IMG/VR virus record: IMGVR_UViG_2681813205_000010 | DNA length: 4,157 bases | Direction: 5' to 3' (one strand) | Origin: a virus | Lineage: Duplodnaviria > Heunggongvirae > Uroviricota > Caudoviricetes | Shown: in pieces, positions 1-4,157 of the stretch | Layout: every line of letters begins with the position of its first letter | How positions within the stretch are numbered: the first letter of the stretch is position 1 | Notes under the pieces: model-generated | Told to the model about the DNA's origin: nothing | The model's database searches: none | The model's input: only the letters and a program-made list of their open reading frames with translations | Made by a program: the position numbers and the translations under genes

Positions 1-408
1 CTGGTCACGGCTCACCGCTGCGGTGTAAATATCCTGCTGACCGTTCTCCATAATCAGAAACCAGTTAGCCAGAATCGCGGCGGTCGTTGATTTCGCATTT
101 TTGCGCGGCACTTCGATAAAGGCGCTCGTGTATTTGCGCCGTCCGGTGGCCTTAACCTTAAAGCCGAGGATGCACGCAAAGGCGAACTGCTGCCACGGCT
201 CCAGCTCAATGGGTCTGCCACGCATCGGTCCTTTTACGTGCGGGCACACCCTGGAAAAGGCAATAAACCGCTCCACAACCTCACGATCGAACGTGTAAAG
301 GGGGCTTTTAAGATCCGAAAAGTACCGTTTAACGGCCTGTTTCAGCCGTTTACAGGCCGGAATTTTGCCCGTTTTTACGTCTTCTGCGTACTTATTCCAG
401 GCGGTCAA
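1..408 (-). CDS. terL: Terminase large subunit, N-terminal 136 codons; gene continues beyond the window start
   Basis: My own minus-strand translation of 1..408 gives an open frame ending exactly at base 1: (L)TAWNKYAEDVKTGKIPACKRLKQAVKRYFSDLKS...FIEVPRKNAKSTTAAILANWFLIMENGQQDIYTAAVSRDQ. It contains a deviant Walker-A-like stretch PRKNAKST (about 85..108), as expected near the N-terminus of a terminase ATPase domain. It lies directly downstream of terS. The only in-frame start after the upstream stop (451..453) is TTG at 406..408, preceded by GAGGA 5 nt upstream. Not listed in the ORF track, presumably because it lacks an ATG and runs off the window. Confidence 0.75.
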   Translation of the reverse strand, partial: MTAWNKYAEDVKTGKIPACKRLKQAVKRYFSDLKSPLYTFDREVVERFIAFSRVCPHVKGPMRGRPIELEPWQQFAFACILGFKVKATGRRKYTSAFIEVPRKNAKSTTAAILANWFLIMENGQQDIYTAAVSRDQ

Positions 409-748
409 GCTCGTCCTCTTCTTCTGTTTCCGGTGGATTTTTACGGCGGCTTATCGGGTCAAAACCAAGCAAGGAGGCCATTTTTATCATCACTCTTTCA
501 GCGTCGGATTTCGCGCTTAATGCGGGGTTTCTGCTCTCGCCGCCCTGACTGTTAACAATGCTGAACCCGCGCGCCGCAAGGTCTGCGACGGCTTTGCGGT
601 ATATTGAGTAATTGACGCAATACAGTTCCAGATTGCTCCAGTCGGCGGGGGTCAGGTCTCCCCGTTCCGCAAGCTGCCGCGATTTTTCCCGCCACTGCTT
701 CACGGCGATGTCATCCAGGTAGGCGGGGGCTTTCGGTGGTCTTGCCAT
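392..748 (-). CDS. terS: Terminase small subunit, P27-like family
   Basis: 118-aa ORF (MARPPKAPAYLDDIAVKQWREKSRQLAERGDL...GFDPISRRKNPPETEEEDELDRLE) with the size, N-terminal helical DNA-binding-like region and acidic C-terminal tail typical of P27-family small terminases. It sits immediately upstream of, and overlaps, the terL start. Family assignment is from recognition, not a search. Confidence 0.8.
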   Translation of the reverse strand: MARPPKAPAYLDDIAVKQWREKSRQLAERGDLTPADWSNLELYCVNYSIYRKAVADLAARGFSIVNSQGGESRNPALSAKSDAERVMIKMASLLGFDPISRRKNPPETEEEDELDRLE

Positions 749-870
749 GCTTATTTTTCGTCAGATTATTTTTCAAAAAATTCCCGTGCATAAAAATTTG
801 GGGAGGCGTTCGGTGCCCGGCGGGGTCGGGTTTGTCCTGAAACCGCCCCCCCCCCCGCCATACAGCCTCA
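749..870. other. Intergenic region, candidate cos / packaging-initiation site (GC-rich cosN-like segment plus AT-rich cosB-like segment)
   Basis: The only sizeable non-coding gap in the operon, between the HNH/small ORF and terS. About 800..860 is very GC-rich (ggggaggcgttcggtgcccggcggggtcgggtttgtcctgaaaccgccccccccccccgcc) with dyad elements: GGCGGGG at 819..825 against CCCCGCC at 853..859, and GGTTT/AAACC around 829..844. The terS-proximal 749..800 is AT-rich with T and A runs. An HNH-cos-terS-terL arrangement is known from HK97-like cos phages. The function is inferred from position and composition only. Confidence 0.3.
846..856. repeat. Homopolymer tract, C11 on the plus strand (G11 on the coding strand)
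   Basis: Counted directly: bases 846..856 are eleven consecutive C residues, flanked by g845 and g857, inside the intergenic candidate cos region. Confidence 0.9.
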
Positions 871-1044
871 TCAGCGATTGCGGAAACATTCCATAACCTC
901 GCGGTCACGGTCGGTTAATCGCTTCGCTGTGATGCGTTCTGCGCGTCCTGACGCTTTATCTTTATGCCCTGTTTCCTGTGTCTTCCATGCGTCACGCTGC
1001 CTTATAAGTCCACGGATAAGGCGGTTTTGTTCCCGCTCATTCAT
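871..1044 (-). CDS. Hypothetical small basic protein, 57 aa
   Basis: The distal part of the listed 871..1275 minus ORF begins at an internal ATG (1042..1044) placed 5 nt before the HNH stop, so the two genes overlap by 8 nt (ATGAATGA). It encodes MNEREQNRLIRGLIRQRDAWKTQETGHKDKASGRAERITAKRLTDRDREVMECFRNR, which is highly charged and R/K-rich. The part of that ORF upstream of 1044 overlaps HNH out of frame and looks non-coding. No recognisable family. Confidence 0.4.
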   Translation of the reverse strand: MNEREQNRLIRGLIRQRDAWKTQETGHKDKASGRAERITAKRLTDRDREVMECFRNR

Positions 1045-1477
1045 CAGCGTCATACATCCAGTTATTGCGGTTAGCGGCCCGTTCTTCATCTTCACGAAAT
1101 CCACCTGCGGCACGCTTGCTTTTTGTTGCCGGATCAAGCCATTTCGTTTTCTGGTTATGACACGCCTGACACAATGGCTGATGGTTCCATTCGGGCCAGA
1201 AGAGAACATCATCGCCGCCATCGATGGGGATAATGTGATCCACCACCACGGCGGGCGTATATATCCCCTTCTCAAGGCATCGCACGCATAACGGGTTTTT
1301 ACTCAGATACATGGCGCGGTATTTGTCCCACTGTCTGGAGTACCCACGCGCGCGGCGGTGTCCTCGTCTGGCATCCTCTGCACGCCATGCCGCCCGCCTG
1401 TGCTCCTCACACTTACCGGACTTAACGCGCCTGTTACAGCCTGGTTCTGTACATCGTCTTAATGGTTGCCACGGCAT
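1037..1477 (-). CDS. HNH endonuclease, phage terminase-associated type
   Basis: 146-aa ORF with N-terminal Cys-rich segment (RRCTEPGCNRRVKSGKCEEH) and an HNH motif: DHIIPIDGGDD...WNHQPLCQACHNQKT (His, Asn, His plus a CxxC-His zinc-finger-like end). Located next to terS/terL, as in HK97-like packaging modules. Its start ATG (1475..1477) overlaps the connector stop (TGATG). Confidence 0.85.
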   Translation of the reverse strand: MPWQPLRRCTEPGCNRRVKSGKCEEHRRAAWRAEDARRGHRRARGYSRQWDKYRAMYLSKNPLCVRCLEKGIYTPAVVVDHIIPIDGGDDVLFWPEWNHQPLCQACHNQKTKWLDPATKSKRAAGGFREDEERAANRNNWMYDADE

Positions 1478-1770
1478 CAGTACACCCCCACATCACGGTA
1501 AGCCGTCCAGAGTGCGCCTATCGTCATGGGTACGCGCGTTTTTGCGTTATCCGCGACAATCTGGCGATTTTCATACAGGTGAGCGATAAACATCATGCAG
1601 CCAATCTTTATGGCTGGCGTGAACTCCAGCCCGTCATCAAAGCGCCTGCCTATGTGTATCTGGCACGCCTCAAGCGATGCGGCAATGTATCCGCTGATTA
1701 ACTGGTCTTCATCGTCGCCATCGATGCGGCAATGGAGTTTCACTTCTTCCAGGGTGATAAGTTCTGTCAT
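1477..1770 (-). CDS. gp6-like head-tail connector (adaptor) protein
   Basis: 97-aa ORF whose N-terminus MTELITLEEVKLHCRIDGDDEDQLISGYIAASLEACQ matches the conserved signature of gp6-like head-tail connector proteins (xLITLEEAKxHLRIDxDDEDxLI), with a C-terminal AHLYENR-type segment. ATG 1768..1770 overlaps the stop of the upstream gene (ATGA). Confidence 0.8.
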   Translation of the reverse strand: MTELITLEEVKLHCRIDGDDEDQLISGYIAASLEACQIHIGRRFDDGLEFTPAIKIGCMMFIAHLYENRQIVADNAKTRVPMTIGALWTAYRDVGVY

Positions 1771-2105
1771 TTTTCCGCGCCCTCACGACAAAGAATTTCA
1801 AGGCGTGTCCTGGCGGCATCTGGCAGCGGTTGCCCGATGATATTCAGTACACGCCCCGCCAGCGGCCCCGTATTGACCTTTATCCGACTGGTGGCGTTGA
1901 TGTCCTTCCGGTAGCGTATCCATATCCTTACAGTTCCAGTCGCCAGCTCTGCACCTGATGAAATGGCCTCCTTGCTGCTGATCATGTTCACGCTTGCCCA
2001 GAGTGTGTGACCGTCCAGCCACGTTTCGAGTATTTCACCCGTCATGGCTCTGGTCTGTTTCAGGGTCTGAATCGTTACCCTGTCACGCAGTCGCCCTATG
2101 TTCAT
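1767..2105 (-). CDS. Head closure / head-tail joining protein (SPP1 gp16-like)
   Basis: 112 aa from the internal ATG at 2103..2105: MNIGRLRDRVTIQTLKQTRAMTGEILETW...GTVRIWIRYRKDINATSRIKVNTGPLAGRVLNIIGQP. The N-terminal xxGRLRxRVTIQ and the central RIRYR-type motif are typical of this family. The listed ORF extends to 2147, but that extension overlaps the portal 3' end out of frame; ATG 2105 overlaps the portal stop (ATGA) and has GAGGGAG upstream. Confidence 0.75.
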   Translation of the reverse strand: MNIGRLRDRVTIQTLKQTRAMTGEILETWLDGHTLWASVNMISSKEAISSGAELATGTVRIWIRYRKDINATSRIKVNTGPLAGRVLNIIGQPLPDAARTRLEILCREGAEK

Positions 2106-3313
2106 TCCGGTTTTTCTCCCTCGCTGATTTTTACTTCCTGTTTCCATGCCTGGCTGAACTCATCACCACCATCACGCGGTGACAGTCCTTCACGTTCGCG
2201 GGCTTCGTTCGGACACATAACGCCGGATTTGATGCCGCGCTCATAGGTGGCAAAGCGTTCGCCAGGTGTGGCCCGTAACAGGTCCGCGCTGTCAAACTCC
2301 ACCTGATACCGGATACCAGGTACAGGCGAGGCCACCAGCAGGGCGTTTTTTATCTGCTGCTCAAAGTTCGCCAGCCACGGGCGCATCGTCATGGTGAGAA
2401 ATGCGCGGCTTGCCTCGCTGAAATTGCTGTAGGTGCTGTTGCTGTATTCCTGCAAAAAAATCGGCGAGACGTTGAACATTCTGGCGATGTCTTCAATGGT
2501 GAAGCGACGGGAGGCCAGCCATTCAGCATCCTGATTACTCATGCCCAGCTGCTGATAGCTCATACCCCCTTCAAGGATGGGCGTTTTTCCGGCGTTTCTG
2601 GCCCCTTTGTAGCGTTCCAGTGCGGCTAATGCCTGTTTGCCCTTCACGCCGTCCAGCCATTCGCCTGACGTGATAACCCCTGCCGCCATCATGCCATCAC
2701 GCATCACGCTCGCGCCGTGGCGTTGTTGGGCCAGCCCAAGCCCCAGCGATTCGCGGCAGATGGTTACAGGTGAGCGCCCCATAAAACCGTCATCCGTGGA
2801 GTAACGAAGGTGGAGAACCTCCCACGGTAAATAGTTGCGGGTGTTTCCGGTGTAAGCGTCAGTGATGCAGTAGCGCCAGTTGTGTTCTCCTGTCTGCTCC
2901 ATGTTCACCGACTGCGGCGGGTAAGGATGCAAAGCCGCCGGAAAACCATCACGCCCCCACTGAATCACCGCGTAAGCATTACCGTTTAACAGGCAGTGGC
3001 GGATCATCATTCGCTTAAACTGGTAGGGAGTCTGCCACGCGTTCGGGCGCTCGTTGAGGATGTGATCGACCGGATGAGAATCAAGCCACTCGCGGGCCTC
3101 CTTCCCCTTCTCATTGCGTACCAGGTACAGGTAACACGGCATGGTAGCCACCGCCTCAGAGATGACCGTCACGGCGTTCATGACGGCGGGCAGTGATTCC
3201 GCTGTCCCCGATGATACGTACTCACCCGCCCCCGTGTTCGATGTGCCAGCCAGCGCCATAAACTCATCAAGCGTCATGCTGCGCTGCTCTTTTTTTCTTC
3301 TGAAAGGCCACAT
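2102..3313 (-). CDS. Portal protein, HK97 family
   Basis: 403-aa ORF of the size and composition expected for HK97-type portal proteins, placed between the prohead protease and head-completion genes. A GGGGGTG Shine-Dalgarno-like element lies about 7 nt upstream of ATG 3311..3313. Family assignment is by recognition of the overall sequence, not a search. Confidence 0.85.
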   Translation of the reverse strand: MWPFRRKKEQRSMTLDEFMALAGTSNTGAGEYVSSGTAESLPAVMNAVTVISEAVATMPCYLYLVRNEKGKEAREWLDSHPVDHILNERPNAWQTPYQFKRMMIRHCLLNGNAYAVIQWGRDGFPAALHPYPPQSVNMEQTGEHNWRYCITDAYTGNTRNYLPWEVLHLRYSTDDGFMGRSPVTICRESLGLGLAQQRHGASVMRDGMMAAGVITSGEWLDGVKGKQALAALERYKGARNAGKTPILEGGMSYQQLGMSNQDAEWLASRRFTIEDIARMFNVSPIFLQEYSNSTYSNFSEASRAFLTMTMRPWLANFEQQIKNALLVASPVPGIRYQVEFDSADLLRATPGERFATYERGIKSGVMCPNEAREREGLSPRDGGDEFSQAWKQEVKISEGEKPE

Positions 3314-3314
3314 A

Positions 3315-3887
3315 TCACACCCCCGCTAAATCCGCCCACCAGCGGCGATTATCCGCACGCGGCATTTTTTCGGGGTGCTGCTCGTACAGGGAGCGGCGGG
3401 CCAGCTCCACGCCGGAATCAGGGTAAGCCGGTACGGATGTGACGGTAATTTCGTACAGTTCCGCAACCAGCACGGTGCGCACGCATGGATCTGTTGTGGT
3501 ATCCCATACATCCTTACGGGAACGAAAGCCAAAGCTCATGCCGGATATATCACCACGCTTAACCAGTTCGATAACGTCGCGCCCTGTACTGGTATCCGGT
3601 GGGGTCAGTTCAAAGCGTAACCCTGTTTCATCCTCTTCCAGTTTCAGCGTGCCGGAACGGGTGCGCCCCAGTAACATACTGTGGTCATGCTCATACAGGC
3701 CGCGAACGTCATTACCCGCCGCAAGCCATTCAGTAAACGCCCCCCGCTGGAATTTTTCGTAAAACTCACCCCATAACAGTTCTGAAAGCTTATCCCAGCG
3801 AACAACGTAGCCTGTAAGCGTGTTGCTGCCGCTGGTGGTGATTTCCGATGACCGGATTTCCATACTCTTCATAATTTTTTCACCCAT
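3315..3887 (-). CDS. Prohead maturation protease, HK97 family (peptidase S78)
   Basis: 190-aa ORF with a characteristic prohead protease core: GAFTEWLAAGNDVRGLYEHDHSMLLGRTRSGTLKLEEDETGLRFEL...RGDISGMSFGFRS, which includes candidate catalytic His and Ser contexts. The start is ambiguous between ATG 3887, 3872 and 3863 (MGEKIMKSMEIR); none has a strong Shine-Dalgarno. The stop is 1 nt before the portal start. Confidence 0.85.
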   Translation of the reverse strand: MGEKIMKSMEIRSSEITTSGSNTLTGYVVRWDKLSELLWGEFYEKFQRGAFTEWLAAGNDVRGLYEHDHSMLLGRTRSGTLKLEEDETGLRFELTPPDTSTGRDVIELVKRGDISGMSFGFRSRKDVWDTTTDPCVRTVLVAELYEITVTSVPAYPDSGVELARRSLYEQHPEKMPRADNRRWWADLAGV

Positions 3888-3896
3888 AAAACACTA

Positions 3897-3916
3897 AAGG
3901 GGCTTTTAAGCCCCTT
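3897..3916 (-). terminator. Intrinsic terminator-like hairpin between the upstream gene and the protease gene
   Basis: On the minus-strand RNA: AAGGGGCU-UAAA-AGCCCCUU (8-bp stem, 4-nt loop) followed at once by UAGUGUUUU, then the protease AUG. It sits in the 37-nt gap between the stop at 3927..3929 and the ATG at 3887. The plus-strand version lacks a comparable U tract. Confidence 0.45.
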
Positions 3917-3926
3917 CTGTATGCTG

Positions 3927-4157
3927 TTAATCGTCGTCCTGTGGCAGTTCCAGAATCTTGATCGCGTTCGAATCCACCACGCCACCGCCTAAATATTTCT
4001 GCGTGAAAATTTTGAGGAAGCGCGGCTCTGTGAGCATGTCCGGTCTGGTGCGAACACCTGTTTGGTGAGCAACAATACAGTAACCGCGTTTGCAGTCACC
4101 CAGGGCAATATGGTTAACCGGCATAAACGCCAGATATTTGACCGTGAGGCCCAGCAA
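3927..4157 (-). CDS. C-terminal fragment of an upstream gene (5' end outside the window); possibly the major capsid protein
   Basis: Open frame running off the right edge and ending at TAA 3927..3929 (…GYCIVAHQTGVRTRPDMLTEPRFLKIFTQKYLGGGVVDSNAIKILELPQDDD). The leading M in the ORF track is a window-edge artefact, since the first codon is TTG. It is followed by a terminator-like hairpin, as is common after highly expressed capsid genes. Capsid identity is inferred from position only; I do not recognise the sequence. Confidence 0.45.
   Translation of the reverse strand: MLGLTVKYLAFMPVNHIALGDCKRGYCIVAHQTGVRTRPDMLTEPRFLKIFTQKYLGGGVVDSNAIKILELPQDDD

Noticed and set aside
749-800. Possible sigma70 promoter for terS in the AT-rich segment (TTGAAA ... 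TAATCT-like hexamers on the minus strand)
   Set aside because: Hexamer matches and spacing are poor and the region is generically AT-rich. The genes appear co-transcribed from upstream, so a promoter call is not supportable from sequence alone.
800-901. Plus-strand GGGGAGG Shine-Dalgarno-like element followed by GTG (812..814), opening a short proline-rich ORF
   Set aside because: The ORF is largely the poly-C tract translated as prolines and lies within the candidate cos region. The GGGGAGG is more likely part of the GC-rich packaging-site sequence than a real ribosome-binding site.
711-908. 65-aa minus-strand ORF spanning the terS start and the intergenic region
   Set aside because: It overlaps the terS start in another frame and reads through the G11 homopolymer and the GC-rich candidate cos region. 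There is no ribosome-binding site and the translation has no protein-like character.
1045-1275. N-terminal two-thirds of the 134-aa minus ORF 871..1275
   Set aside because: It lies entirely inside the HNH gene in a different frame and the translation looks like frame-shadow. Only the portion from the internal ATG at 1044 onward is kept as a candidate small gene.
1798-2022. 74-aa minus-strand ORF in an alternative frame within the head closure gene
   Set aside because: Nested out of frame within a well-supported gene; His/Gln/Gly/Arg-rich translation with no motif.
2106-2147. Extended N-terminus (METGSKNQRGRKTG) of the head closure ORF
   Set aside because: It overlaps the portal 3' end out of frame. 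The conserved family N-terminus begins at the internal Met (MNIGRLRDRVTIQ), whose ATG overlaps the portal stop.
3288-3302. T7 run (A7 on the coding strand) in the portal N-terminal codons (RRKK)
   Set aside because: It simply encodes Lys/Arg codons. There is no downstream structure or alternative frame with coding character, so a programmed frameshift is unsupported.
3326-3532. 68-aa minus-strand ORF in an alternative frame within the protease gene
   Set aside because: Nested out of frame within a well-supported gene; no independent support.
101-3762. All plus-strand ORFs in the track (101..298, 238..555, 878..1291, 1311..1589, 1462..1701, 1595..1840, 1732..1914, 1994..2182, 2007..2246, 2996..3196, 3141..3329, 3375..3620, 3439..3762)
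   Set aside because: Each lies antisense to a minus-strand gene with a recognisable phage protein signature. Their translations are low-complexity and S/R/C/P-rich with no recognisable motifs, typical of shadow ORFs opposite GC-rich coding sequence.
1-4157. CRISPR arrays, tRNA/rRNA genes, insertion sequences or terminal inverted repeats
   Set aside because: No regularly spaced direct repeats, no tRNA-like cloverleaf candidates and no transposase-like ORFs were seen. The window is fully accounted for by the head and packaging operon.

Overview
The whole window is one tightly packed minus-strand operon of tailed-phage (HK97-lineage) head-assembly and DNA-packaging genes; no plus-strand ORF looks real. 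Read in the direction of transcription (4157 down to 1): the 3' end of an upstream gene (possibly major capsid), a hairpin terminator, prohead protease, portal, head closure protein, gp6-like head-tail connector, HNH endonuclease, a 57-aa basic ORF, a GC-rich then AT-rich intergenic region with a C11/G11 homopolymer (candidate cos site), terminase small subunit (P27-like), and the N-terminus of terminase large subunit running off the window. Almost every gene junction has overlapping stop and start codons. The gene order is non-canonical: head genes sit upstream of HNH-terS-terL and in reverse of the usual terS-terL-portal-protease-capsid-connector order, and no tail genes follow the head-completion genes. 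From memory, this resembles the layout reported for capsid-forming phage-inducible chromosomal islands (cf-PICIs) of Enterobacteriaceae, which make their own capsids and borrow only helper-phage tails. All calls rest on reading the translations and motifs by eye; no database search was run.
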